DNA of 63,690 nt, the filler included, from Chiloscyllium plagiosum (Eukaryota): the NCBI RefSeq assembly GCF_004010195.1. It is 4 parts of one record of this genome, joined end to end, with 100 filler letters (N's around TTAATTAATTAA, not from the genome) between each part and the next. Parts side by side here need not be neighbours in the genome. Positions count along the whole stretch, not along the records: positions 1 to 17,844 come from NC_057711.1; positions 17,945 to 32,460 come from NC_057711.1; 2 more parts are not named here. One strand, 5' to 3'. Numbering within the stretch: position 1 is the first letter of the stretch; each line of letters starts with the position of its first letter. This document shows, one piece after another, positions 13,501-26,191 of this stretch. A model generated the notes under the pieces. The model made no database searches. It was not told where the DNA came from and was given only the letters and a program-made list of their open reading frames with translations. A program made the position numbers and the translations under genes.

Positions 13501-16500
13501 TGTGTGAACCCACGGGGTCTGACTGTGTGAACACAAAGGGTCTGATAGTGTGAACCCACGGAGTCTGACTGTGTGAACACACAGGGTCTGACTGTGTTAA
13601 CCCACGGGGTCTGACTGTGTGGACCCACATGGTCCAACTGTGTTAACACGCAGGGTCCGATTGTGTGAACCCACGGGGTCTGACTGTGTGAACACAAAGG
13701 GTCTGACAGTGTGAACCCACGGAGTCTGACTGTGTGAACACACAGGGTCTGACTGTGTGAACCCACGGGGTCTGACTGTGTGAACCCAAAGGGTCTGACT
13801 GTGTGAACCCACGGAGTCTGACTGTGTGAACTTACAGGGTCTGACTGTGTGAACTCACAGGGTCTGACTGTGTGAACCCACGGGGTCTGACTGTGTGAAC
13901 CCACAGCGTCTGACTGTGTGAACCCACGGGGTCCGACCTTGTGAACCCATGGGGTCTGACTGTGTGAACCCCCGGAGTCTGACTGTATGAACCCACGGGG
14001 TGGGACTGTGTGAACCCACGGGGTCTGACTGTGTGAACACACGGAGTCTGACTGTGTCAACCCACGGGGTCTGACTGTGTGAACCCACGGGGTCGGACTG
14101 TCTGAACCCAAAGGGTCTGACTGTATGAACCCACGGGTTCTTACTGTGTGAACCCACGGGGTCTGACTGTGTGAACCCAAAGGGTCTGACTGTATGAACC
14201 CACGGGTTCTTACTGTGTGAACCCACGGGGTCTGACTGTGTGAACTCACAGGGTCTGACTGTGTGAACCCACGGGGTCTGACTGTGTGAACCCACAGCGT
14301 CTGACTGTGTGAACCCACGGGGTCCGACTTTGTGAACCCATGGGGTCTGACTGTGTGAACCCACGGGGTCCGACTGTGTGAACTCATGGAGTCTGACTGT
14401 GTGAACACACAGGGTCCAACAGTGTGAACCCACAGGGTCTGACTGTATGAACACACGGGGTCTGACTGTGTGAACCCACGGGGTCCGACTGTGTGAACCC
14501 AAAGGGTCTGACTGTGTGAACCCACGGAGTCTGACTGTGTGAACTTACAGGGTCTGACTGTGTGAACTCACAGGGTCTGACTGTGTGAACCCACGGGGTC
14601 GGACTGTGTGAACCCACGGGGTCTGACTGTTTGAACACACGGAGTCTGACTGTGTCAACCCACGGGGTCTGACTGTGTCAACCCACGGGGTCGGACTGTC
14701 TGAACCCAAAGGGTCTGACTGTATGAACCCACGGGTTCTTACTGTGTGAACCCACGGGTTCTGACAGTGATAATCCACGGAGTCTGACTGTGTGAACCCA
14801 CGGTGTCTGACTGTATGAACCACCGGGTTCTTACTGTGTGAACCCACGGGGTCTGACTGTGTGAACACAAAGGGTCTGACAGTGTGAACCCATGGAGTCT
14901 GACTGTGTGAACACACAGGGTCTGACTGTGTGAACCCACGGGGCCTGACTGTGTGGACCCACATGGTCCAATTGTGTTAACACGCAGGGTCTGATTGTGT
15001 GAACCCACGGGGTCTGACTGTGTAAACCCACAGGTTCTTACTGTGTGAACTCACGGGGTCTGACTGTGTGAACCCACAGGGTCTGACTGTATGAACCCAC
15101 GGGGTCTGACTGTGCGAACCCAAAGGGTCTGACTGTGTGAACCCAAAGGGTCTGACTGTATGAACCCACGGGTTCTTACTGTGTGACCCCACGGGTTCTG
15201 ACAGTGATAATCCACGGAGTCTGACTGTGTGAACCCACGGGGTCTGACTGTATGAACCACCGGGTTCTTACTGTGTGAACCCACGGAGTCTGACTGTGTG
15301 AACACACAGGGTCTGACTGTGTGAACCCAGTCTGACTGTGTGAACCCATGGGGTCTTACTGTGTGAACCCACGGGGTCCGACTGTGTGAACACAAAGGGT
15401 CTGACTGTGTGAACCCACGGAGTCTGACTGTGTGAACTTACAGTGTCTGACTGTGTGAACCCACGGGGTCTGACTGTATGAACCCATGGGTTCTTACTGT
15501 GTGAACCCACAGGGTGTGACAGTGAGAATCCACGGAGTCTGACTGTGAGAATCCACAGGGTCTGACTGTGTGAACCCACGGAGTCTGACTGTGTGAACTT
15601 ACAGGGTCTGACTGTGTGAACTCACAGGGTCTGACTGTGTGAATCCACGGGGTCTGACTGTGTGAACCCACAGCGTCTGACTGTGTGAACCCACGGGGTC
15701 CGACTTTGTGAACCCATGGGGTCTGACTGTGTGAACCCACGGGGTCTGACTGTGTGAACTCATGGAGTCTGACTGTGTGAACACACAGGGCCCAACAGTG
15801 TGAACTCACAGAGTCTGACTGTGTGAACCCATGGGGTCTTACTGTGTGAACCCACGGGGTCCGACTGTGTGAACACAAAGGGTCTGACTGTGTGAACCCA
15901 CGGAGTCTGACTGTGTGAACTTACAGTGTCTGACTGTGTGAACCCACGGGGTCTGACTGTATGAACCCATGGGTTCTTACTGTGTGAACCCACAGGGTGT
16001 GACAGTGAGAATCCACGGAGTCTGACTGTGTGAACCCACGGGTTCTTACTGTGTGAACCCACGAGGTCTGACTGTGTGAACCCATGGATTCTGACTGTGT
16101 GAACCCATGGGGTCTGACAGTGTGATCCCACGGGGTCTGACTGTGAGAATCCACGGAGTCTGACTGTGAGAATCCACGGAGTCTGACTGTGAGAATCCAC
16201 AGGGTCTGACTGTGTGAACCCACGGGGTCTGACTGTGTGAACCCACTGGGTCTGACTGTGTGAACTCACAGGGTCCGACTGTGTGAACCAACAGGGTCTG
16301 ACTGTATGAATCCACGGGTTCTTACTGTGTGAACCCACAGGGTCTGACTGTGTGAACCCATAGAGTCTGACTGTATGAACTCACGGGGTCTGACTGTGTG
16401 AACCCACGAGGTCCGACTGTGTGAACACAAAGGGTCTGACTGTGTGAACCCACGGAGTCTGACTGTGTGAACACACAGGGTCTGACTGTGTGAACTCACA

Positions 16501-17777
16501 GGGTCTGACTGTGTGAACCCACGGGGTCTGACTGTGTGAACCCAAAGGGTCTGACTGTATGAACCCACGGGTTCTTACTGTGTGAACCCACGGGGTCATA
16601 CAGTGAGAATCCACGGAGTCTGACTGTGTGAACACACGGGGTCTGACTGTGTGAACCCACGGAGTCTAACTGTATGAACCCACGGGGTCTGACTGTGTGA
16701 ACCCACGGGGTCTGACTGTGAGAATCCACGGAGTCTGACTGTGTGAACCCACGGGGTCAGACTGTGTGAAACCACGTGGTCTGACTGTGTGAACCCACAA
16801 AGTCTGACTGTGTGAACCCCCGGGGTCCGACTGTGTTAACCCATGGATTCTTACTGTGTGAACCCACGGGGTTAGACAGTGAGAATCCACGGAGTCTGAC
16901 TGTGTGAACCTACGGGGTCTGACTGTATGAACCCACGGGTTCTTACTGTGTGAACCCACGGGGTGTGACAGTGAGAATCCACGGAGTCTGACTGTGTGAA
17001 CCCACGGGTTCTTACTGTGTGAACCCACGGGGTCCTACTTTGTTAACCCACAGATCCGACTGTGTGAACCCACAGGGTCTGACTGTGTGAACCCACGGGG
17101 TCCGACTGTGTGACCCCACGGGGTCCGACTGTGTGAACCCACGCGGTCTGACTGCGTGAACCCAAAGGGTCTGACTGTGTGAACCCACGGAGTCTGACTG
17201 TGTGAACCCATGGAGTCTGACTGTGAACCCACGAGGTCTGACTGTGAAAATCCACAGAGTCTGACTGTGTGAACCCACGGGGTCTGATTGTATGAACCCA
17301 CGGGGTCTGACTGTGTGAACACACAGGGTCCAACTGTGTAAACCCGCAGGGTCTGACAGTGTGAACCCACAGGGTCTGACTGTGTGAACCCACGGGGTCT
17401 GACTGTGTGAACCCACGGGGTCTGGCTGTGTGAACCCACGTGGTCTGACTGTGTGAACTCACGGAGTCTGACTGTGTGAACCCACGGGGTCTGACTGTGT
17501 GTATCCACAGGGTCTGACTGTATTAACCCACAGGGTCTGACTGTGTGAACCCACAGGGTCCGACTGTGTGAACCCACAGGGTCTGACTGTGTGAACCCAT
17601 GGGTTCTTACTGTGTGAATCCACGGGGGTCCGACTGTGTGGACTCACAGGGTCTGACTGTGTGAACCCATGGAGTCTGACTGTGTGAACTCACCGGGTCT
17701 GACTATGTGAACCCAGCTGGAAATGTGTTGCTGGAAAAGCGCAGCAGGTCAGGCAGCATCCAGGGAACAGGAGAATC

Positions 17778-17805
17778 GACGTTTCGGGCATAAGCCCTTC
17801 TTCAG
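17778..17805 (-). ncRNA. Minimal type I hammerhead ribozyme motif in Penelope pseudo-LTR
   Basis: Minus strand CTGAAGA-A-GGGC-TTAT-GCCC-GAAA-CGTC: both conserved cores, perfect 4-bp stem II, palindromic loopless stem III. Confidence 0.7.
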
Positions 17806-17844
17806 GAATGAGGAAAGTTTGTCCAGCAGGCTAAGATAATCATC

Positions 17845-17944
17845 NNNNNNNNNNNNNNNNNNNNNNNNNNNNNNNNNNNNNNNNNNNNTTAATTAATTAA
17901 NNNNNNNNNNNNNNNNNNNNNNNNNNNNNNNNNNNNNNNNNNNN
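17845..17944. other. Assembly gap with artificial linker (44 N + TTAATTAATTAA + 44 N)
   Basis: Identical 100-bp spacers at 32461-32560 and 61836-61935. The 12-mer gives stops in all six frames. Confidence 0.95.
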
Positions 17945-20131
17945 GGTCTGGGAGATGATGGTTTGGTGGTGGGAGGTGGGGTCATGGTCAAGGGGGCAGT
18001 AGGAGGGGGTATCTGCGAGCTGGCGTTTGGCCTCAGCGGTGTAGAGGTCGGTGCGCCAAACTACTACCGCGCCTCCCTTGTCTGCTGGTTTGATAGTGAG
18101 GTTGGGGTTGCAACGGAGTGAGTGGAGGGCTGCGCGTTCCGAGGGTGAGAGGTTGGAGTGGATGTGAGGGGTGGGGGAGTTCAGGTGGCGGTTAATATCG
18201 CGGCGGCAGTTGGCTATGAAGAGGTCGAGGGCAGGTAGGAGGCCAGCACGGGGTGTCCAGGTGGATGGGGTGTGTTGGAGGTGGGAGAAGGGGTCATCAG
18301 AGGGTGGGCGGGAGTCTTGGTTAAAGAAGTAGGCACGGAGGCGAAGGCGGCGGAAGAATTGTTCGATGTCACGCCGCGTGTTGAATTCATTAATCCGGGA
18401 GCGTAGGGGAATGAAGGTGAGGCCTCTGCTGAGGACTGATCTTTCATCCTCAGAGAGGGAACTCACAGGGTCTGACTGTGTGAACCCTCCGGCTCCGACT
18501 ATGTGAACCCATGTGGTCTGACTGTGTGAACCCACGGAGTCTGACTGTGTGAACTCACAGGGTCTGACTGTGTGAACCCTCGGGCTCCGACTGTGTGAAC
18601 CCACGGGGTCTGACTGTGTGAACCATCGGGCTCCGACTGTGTGAACCCACGGGGTCCGTATGTGTGAACTCACGGGGTCTGACTGTGTGAACCCACGGAG
18701 TCTGACTGTGTGAACCCACGGGGTCTGACTGTGTGAACCCATGGGGTCTGACTGTGTGAACCCACAGCGTCTGACTGTGTGAACCCACAGAGTGAGACTG
18801 TGTGAACACACGGGGTCTGACTGTGTGAACCCAAGTGGTCTGACTGTGTGAACCCACGGAGTCTGACTGTGTGAACCCACGGGGTCTGACTGTGTGAACT
18901 CACATGGTCCGACTGTGTGAACTCACGCAGTGTGACTGTGTGAACCCACATGTTCCGATTGTGTGAACCCACAGGGTTCCACTGTGTGAACCCACGGGGT
19001 CTGACTGTGTGAACCCACAGGGTCCGACTGTGTGAACCCAAGGGGTCTGACTGCGTGAATTCACGGGGTCTGACTGTGTGAACTCACAGGGTACGACTGT
19101 GTGAACCCAAGGGGTCTGACTGCGTGAATCCACGGGGTCTGACTGTGTGAACCCATGGGGGTCTGACTGTGTGCACCATGGAGTCTGACTGTGTGAACTC
19201 ACAGGGTCCGACTGTGTGAACCCACGGGGTCTGACTGTGTGAACCCACAGAGTCCGACAGTGTGAACCCAAAGGGTCTGACTGTGTGCACCATGGAGGCT
19301 GACTGTGTGAACCCACAGGGTCCGACTGTGTGAACCCACGGGGTCTGACTGTGTGAACCCACAGGGTCCGACTGTTTGAACCCACAATGTCCGACTGTGT
19401 GAACCCACAGGGTCCGACTGTGTGAACCCATGGGGGTCTGACTGTGTCAACCCACAGGGTCCGACTGTGTGAACCCACAGGGTCCGACTGTGTGAACCCA
19501 TGGGGATCTGACTGTGTGAACCCACAGGGTCTGACTGTGTGAACCTACAGGATTGGACTGTGTGAACTCACGGGGTCTGACTGTGTGAACCCACAGGTCC
19601 AACTGTGAGAATCTACAAGGTCTGACTGTGTGAACCCACAGTGTCCGACTGTGTGAACCCACAGGGTCTGCCTGTGAGAATCCACAGGGTCTGACTGTGT
19701 GTACCCACAGGGTCTGACTGTGAGAATCCACAGGATCTGACTGTGTGAACCCACAGGGTCTGACTGTGAGAATCCACATGGTCTGATTGTTTGAACCCTC
19801 AGGGTCTGACTGTGTGAACTCACAGAGTCTGACTGTGAGAATCCACAGGGTCTGACTGTGTGAACCCACGGGGTCCAACTGTGTGAACCCACAGGGTCTG
19901 ACTGTGAGAATCCACAGGGTCTGACTGTGTGAACCCACGGGGTCCGACTGTGTGAACCCACAGGGTCTGACTGTGAGAATCCACAGGGTCTGACTGTGTG
20001 AACCCATGGGGTCCGACTGTGTGAACCCACAGTGTCTGACTGTGTGAACCTATGGGGTCTGACTGTGAGAATCCACAGGGTCCGACTGTGTGAACCCACG
20101 GGTTCCGACTGTGTGAACCTATGGGGTCTGA

Positions 20132-22915
20132 TTCTTGCCGCTGGGACCATGACCATGGCAACAGGGAGAGTGGCCACTTCCCGGTTTCTCGAATGCCCGG
20201 CCCAGGCGCCGATTGGAGAGCCGACTCCGTGGCTGTACCCGACCTCATGGTGACCCACCAATGGGGGTCCGTCCAGAACAAGTACACTAACCCCCCACAT
20301 CCCCCAGAGCACCTGAGGCTGGGACTGGTGCCCAGGATCCCAGCCAGACACAACCAGGTACCTTCTGGAACAGCAGACCATCCAATCCCACTCCCGGTCC
20401 CCACCACAAGCAGCCACTTCCCCAGGAAACAGGGGGAGACGTGCTGGCCTGCAGGGGAGACGGAAACAGCACGGTTTCATGGCACCCCGTACCCCTTCCC
20501 CAGCGTGCTCCTGGGAAATGTCCAGGCCATTGTCCGAGCTAGTCTCACCGCCCAAAGGGAACTGCATGACTGCTTTGTCCTGTGTTTCTCAGAGATGTGC
20601 AATCCTGCTTCCCCTGATAGTAACTGTTTGGACCGCGTGCTGAAGAAGTTAGTTGGAGTGTTCCCCAACTCAGAAACCATGGATAAACTGGAAGATCCAC
20701 ACCCTGCTAAAGTCCAGGTCTGAGGTGTTCAAATTGGGTGACCCTGACCTATACAGGAAATCTAGGTACGACCTTTGCAAAGCCATCATGCACACCGAGA
20801 CAGTACCACATGAATGCACATCAAGACTTACAAGTTACAACGGGCTACAAAATGAAATCTAGTAGAATCGCTGACACCAATGCATTCCTCCCTGATGAGC
20901 TCAATGTATTCTATGCTTGCTTTGAACAGAAGGTCAGTGAAATGATGTCACCTGCTCCGATAGCCTGGGGTGTACCTGTACCGGTAGTCACCGCTGCAGG
21001 TATCAGATTGCCTGCCTAGAGAGTGAATCCATGGAAAGCAACTGGCCTGAGTGGAGTCCCCAGCCGTGCACTCTGATCCAGTGTGGACCAGCTAGCGAGG
21101 GGTATTTGCAGACATCTTTAACCTCCTCATTATGATGTGAGATTCCCCCCTGCTTCGAGAAGACCACTATCACTTGGTGCCAAAGTACAATCAGGCAATG
21201 TGCCTTAATGTCTACTGCCCATTAGCTCTGACATCCATCATTAGGAAGTGCTTTGAGAGGTTTGTCATGGCTCACATCAACTCCAGAACCCAGATTGCCT
21301 TAATCCTCTACAGTTTGCCTATTGTCACAATACCATCTCCCTGACCTTACTCTCATCCATGGAACACCTGGATAACTAGGACACCTACATCAGCCTCGTA
21401 TTTATTGACTTTAACTCTGCCTTCATCCTCACAATTCCAACCAAACCCATCAGGAAGTGGAACCTCTGCCTGTATCAATGAGGCTGAGGTGGAGGTGATC
21501 GAAAGTGTCATGTTTCTGTGAGTGACGATCACCAACTAACTGTCCTGGTATAACCATGTTAAAGAAGCACACCAACACCTCTATTCACTCAGAAAGCGAA
21601 GGAAATCCAGCATGTCCACAATGCCTCCTACCCTTTTTTTTAGATGCACCATGGAAAGCATCCTATCCGTAGTGGTACGGCAACTACTCTGTCCAAGACT
21701 GCAAGAAATTACAGAGTGGTGAACACAGCCCAGTCCATCATGCAAACCAGCCTCCCATCCATTAACTCCATCTACACTTCCTGCTGCCTTGAGAAAGCAG
21801 CCAACATAAACAAAGACCCTTCCAACCACAGTTATACACTCTTCTACACTCTTCCATCAGGCAGAAGATGCAAACATTTGTGCACACGTACCAACTTTTC
21901 TGGAGTACTGTGTCCAGATCTGGTCGCCCTGTTATAGAAAGGATAGCAGACATAGGAGTGGAAGCAAGGCCATCCAGCCCATCAAATCCATTCCACCATT
22001 TAATCATGGCTGATGGGTGTTTCAATTCCACTTACCCGCACTCTCCCTGTATCCCTTAATTCCTTGTGATATTATTAAGCTGGAGAGGGTTCAGAAGAAA
22101 TTTACCAGGTGGGGAAGGTTTGAGTTGTAAAGAAAGTCTGGATTGGCTGGGACCTTTTTCACTGAAGTGTAAGAGATTGAGAGATGACCTTATAGATGTT
22201 TATAAAATCATGAGGGCCATAGATAGGGCTAATAGTGGGTGTGGCAGAAGTGGGTACCGCAGATGCTGGTGATTAGAGTCAAGATTCGAGTGGTGTTGAA
22301 AAAAACACAGCAGGTCAGGCAGCATCCGAGGACCAGGAAAAATTGACGTTTCGGGCAAAAGTCCTTCATCAGGAATCATCAGTACCATTCTAATCCTAAT
22401 AGTGGATGTGTTTTCCCTAGGATGGGCGATTTTAAGACTAGGGGGCACATTGTTAAAGTAAGAGGAGAAAGATTAAAAAAAGACATGAGGGGAGAAATGT
22501 TTACACAGAGAGTAGCTCGTGTGTGGAATGAACTTCCTGGGGAAGTGGTGGATGTGGGTACAGTTGCAATGTTTAAAAGATATTCGGACAAGTACATGAA
22601 TAGGAAAGGTTTGGAGGGGTGTGGGAGCAGGCAGATGGGTCTAGTTTAGGTTAGGATTATATTCGGTCTATTTCTGTGCTGTATGACTCTATGCCAGACT
22701 CAAGAACAGCTTCTTCCCTGCTGTTAGCAAACCTTTGAACAGACCGCTCAGATATTAAGCTGATCTTTCTCTGTAGCTGTAACACTATGTTCCACATTCT
22801 GTTCTATTACCCTGATGTACTTATATAAGGTGTGATTTGTCTGGTCATAACACCAAACAATACTTTTCATTGTTTCTTGGTCACATGTGACAATAATAAA
22901 TCAAATCAAATCAAA
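20132..22915 (+). mobile_element. Decayed Rex1/Babar LINE, interrupted by a CR1 3' fragment at ~21895-22692
   Basis: PSVLLGNVQAI (endonuclease start), LPDELNVFYACFE, PIALTSII.KCFE, and LPSGRR segments. Resumes at ~22695 (AAGAACAGCTTCTTCCC) and ends in AATAAA(TCAAA)n. Confidence 0.8.
22229..22410 (-). mobile_element. Penelope-derived short insert with hammerhead motif inside CR1
   Basis: Minus strand CTGATGA-AGGAC-TTTT-GCCC-GAAACGTC at 22345-22372. 14/15 direct repeat at 22229-22243 and 22396-22410. Confidence 0.7.
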
Positions 22916-23064
22916 TTTCTCCATGATTCCTTTGGTGGTTTTTACTGCCATCTCAATCTTTCCATTTGACTGGGGGATAGTGAGGAATTGATGTCCTTTC
23001 AGCAAATGGATCTGCCACCCTTACCTGATAGTCTCCCTCTCTCATTGCATGCTGATGTTGAATC

Positions 23065-23480
23065 ACAGAGTCATTGAGTTACACAGCACAGAAGAGGCCC
23101 TTCAGCCCATCGCTCTATATGCACTCATCACGCTTTCCAGCACTTGGATCTTGACCTCGACTGTTATGACATTTCAAGTGCTCAAGCATGAATTTTGTAA
23201 AGGTTGTGAAGTTTGTCATCTTGACTGGCCTCCCAGAACATTCTATTTTCCCAGCACTTTCTGGGTGAAAGTGTTTTAAACAAATCCCTGCAAACTGAGG
23301 GGAACAGCTGCTTTCCATCCACACTGTCCATGTCCCTCATAATCTTATCCACCTCTCTCAGGTCCCCCTTTCAGCTTTTTCTGCTCCAAAGAAAACAACC
23401 TGAGCTTATCCAGCCTCTCTTCATCACTAACCTGCTCCATCCCAGGCAACATCCTGGTGAATCCCCTCCAGTGCAATGAC
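23065..23480 (-). mobile_element. CR1 LINE 3' fragment
   Basis: Minus-strand RGFTRMLPGME..EERLDKLRLFSLEQ in ORF 23345..23794. Confidence 0.7.
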
Positions 23481-24593
23481 ATATTTTCTGTAGGAGTATT
23501 GATCAAACTGTAATTTTGAATGACTGGGTGAGTCAAGATGGTTATGCATTTTCCACTCCCTGCTGCACTGGAAAAGAAAGGACTATGAGACAATTTCATT
23601 TGTTTCCATTTTTGGTGGCAAAACATTGAAACAGTAACAGAATGAGTTAAACAGCCTGGATATAAGAGAGTTGCAGCTCTGCTCTCAGTGATGTTTTGCA
23701 GACTAGATCTCAGTGAGGAGCAGAAAGTCAGACAGAATCGATTTTGCAGTTTTTGGAGCTGCACTTTGAACCCCATCTGAGTCTTAATTTCCATTATCCT
23801 TTAAACTGATGATTGAAAGGATTATTCTTAACAGTCCAGTTTCCTCCTAGAGCAGACACAGCAATTGTTGGAGGGACTCAGCAGGTCTGGCAACATCAGT
23901 GGAGAGAGAACCAGAGTTAACGTTTCGAGTCCAGAAACTCTTTGGAACTTTTCAGACTTTCTTTTAATTTTAGAGTTTTACTTCACTTTAATTTAGTATT
24001 TAACATTTCGCCTGGATTTGCATTGTCAAGAAGATTAATTCTCAAGCCCTGAAGATTCTAATATCCTCTTCACTGCTCTCACTGTTTTGTTCTCTGTCTC
24101 TCTCCCCCCACCGTCTCTCTGTCTTTGTCTGTCTCTCTCTCTCTCTCCCCCTGTGGCAAAACAGGGTCTACTCAGCCCCAGGATCTCCATGTGACACTGC
24201 CTTATGTTCACTGTGAGGCATGTTTTTATTGATAGGACACTTCTCTGGGACTCTAAATGTCCCGAGGCCCATTTTAAGAGATCTCACCCCATAATCAATA
24301 GTGACAGTCACAGGGATGCACTGAGGGAATACTGCACTGTCAGAGGCTATACCTTTTCAAAGTGGCATTGAACTAAGGCATGACTTGCTCTAAAACATTG
24401 ATGTTAAAGAAACGAAAAAATGCCACTTTGAAGCACTTCTCCCAGTCTTTTAATCAATGACACGTGACAAAAAAAAAATTGATGTCGAGGCCGCATGAAT
24501 TTCTATGCTTTGAACTTAAATGGCAGTCAGTGGGTAGGGTATCCAGGAGGGCAGCTGATCTGCTATTGTTGACGTGTCCTTCCTCCTGTGCAG

Positions 24594-24841
24594 GACCTTG
24601 GCAGGTTATACAGCGTCGTACAGAAGGTGTTACATGAATGGAAGTTGCTGCTGGAGAAGATTTGGGCAGTTTGCCTGCTGTGTGAGGCACTGTCTGTGCT
24701 TTATCCACATGATCTTGGTTACAGCAGGATGAGCCATGGAAACCCAAGTGCAAAGAGAAAGAGGATGCAGCACGTGTTTCGGAAGCAGATGTGGCAGGCG
24801 TGCGGTTTCTGTGGTTTGGGGGTTGATGCAACAGTTTCCCG
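24594..24841 (+). other. Orphan exon-like segment (unassigned)
   Basis: Pyrimidine tract plus CAG acceptor (24591-24593), G|GTGAGT donor (24842), one open frame of 82 codons, and no resemblance to the surrounding repeats. Confidence 0.35.
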
Positions 24842-25999
24842 GTGAGTTCTCACTGTTGTTTTGGGAACAGAGCATAAGCCAGGTCATACCACAAACATAT
24901 CAGCCCTTTGATCAGTGTTGGAGAAACCTCAGTACTCAAGGAATGTGAAACTCTTACAAAGTCATACCTTTGAAAAGCCCTGCAGATTATCGCCTGATCA
25001 CTACAGCTCCAGCTATCTTCCTGCCTCACTGAGTGCAGCTACAAATAGGATGAGTTTCTGAAAAATCTATGAAAAGATCTTCAGCTTGTTGCCAGCTTGT
25101 ATTCATTGCAGGCCTGGGAGCCATCAAGCCAGAGCAATCCTCCCTCCACCTTTGGGAAATGTGGAATCTCTCGATAAAATCAACAACGTCCCTTTTACTC
25201 TTTTAGTCTCTCAGCCCCGGTGGTCAACTGACATGACAAAAGATTTAGTCAGAGTCGTAGAGATATACAGCATGGAAACAGACCCTTCGGTCCAACCCGT
25301 CCATGCCAAATAGATATCCCAACCCAATCTGGTCCCACCTGCCAGCACCCGGCCCATATTCCCTCCAAACCCTTCCTATTCATATAACTCATCAGGAATG
25401 ATGAAGAACTTATGCTTGAAACGTTGACTCTCCTGCTCCTCAGATGCTGCCTGACCTGCTGTGCTTTTCCAGCACCACACTCTCGGCTCTGATCTCCAGC
25501 AGCTGCAGCCCTCACTTCCTCCATGACAAAGGACTTGCTGATTACTCACAGGGCTGAGCGTGGTAGTGTCCCTACCTCTGGACCAAGAGGCCCAGGTTCA
25601 AGTCCCACCTGCTTCTGAGTTGTGCCGTTCCAGTCAGGAAAGAGAGATCCCACCCCGAGCGAGACACAATCCCAGTGAGCAAATTCTGGGAATTTGTAGG
25701 CAAGGTTGGAATTCAATGCCAAGGGGAACAAGGTGCTTTCTTGATGCTTTTTTTTGCTCATTAGTTTGTAAGATTTTCTTTTAACAGAATAAACTAAAGC
25801 CCAGGATCAGGGTCCCAGCACAAGAGAGTGACGTCACAGGTAAACCGTGAGCTGATGATAGCTACTAATTTGACTATCTATTTTCAAATTGAAGGTAAAA
25901 AGGGAAATATTTACAGGCTATAGGTAAAAGACCAATAGGAAATTTTTAAAAGTCAAATTGAGAACTAAGTAATTAAACCAGAGATGCTGAGCTAGGTGT

Positions 26000-26191
26000 T
26001 GTGTTGTAAGTGCTGAAAATGTGTTGCTGGAAAAGCGCAGCAACACATCTTCAGAAGGGCTAATGCCCGAAACGTCAATTTTCCTGTTCCTTGGATGCTG
26101 CCTGACCTGCTGCGCTTTTCCAGCAACACATTTTCAGCTCTGATCTCCAGCATCTGCAGCCCTCACTTTCTCCTCGATGTGTTGTAAGTGC
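26000..26191. mobile_element. Penelope-derived short insert with partial inverted arms
   Basis: Perfect 14-bp direct repeat TGTGTTGTAAGTGC (26000-26013, 26178-26191). Inverted arms ~26012-26042 and ~26108-26139. Truncated hammerhead core GAAGGGCTAATGCCCGAAACGTC. Confidence 0.7.

Larger units (their letters stand above)
17716..18458 (-). mobile_element. 5'-truncated Penelope-like retroelement inserted in the satellite (spans gap)
   Basis: Minus-strand ORF LSRGLTFIP...FFRRLRLRAYF...SNLS..ERAAL.SLR.NPNLTIKPADKGGAVVVW (the DKG motif preceding Penelope RT) at 17945-18458. Pseudo-LTR with hammerhead core at 17716-17844 in the same orientation. Confidence 0.9.
7630..20131. repeat. 23-bp satellite, consensus TCTGACTGTGTGAACCCACRGGG, roughly 500 copies
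   Basis: Unit read directly. Minus-strand ORFs cycle with a 23-aa (3-unit) period. Interrupted at ~17716-18458 by a Penelope element and a gap. Confidence 0.98.

Noticed and set aside
17889..17900. TTAATTAATTAA palindrome repeated in three gaps
   Set aside because: Centred in identical 44+44 N spacers: an artificial six-frame stop linker, not biology.
17897..18880. Satellite-Penelope fusion ORF of 327 aa
   Set aside because: Chance read-through from the stop-free satellite strand into a truncated element; it ends at an artificial linker.
7541..20007. Dozens of long minus-strand ORFs (up to 575 aa) with GSHSQTPWVHTVRPRGFTQSDP repeats
   Set aside because: Arithmetic consequence of a stop-free 23-bp unit. 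All three frames give the same peptide cycle, so there is no evidence of coding.
7630..20131. CRISPR-like or RSS-like array (23-bp period, CACAGTC heptamer-like on the minus strand)
   Set aside because: Units abut with no unique spacers, no cas genes, and no ACAAAAACC nonamer.
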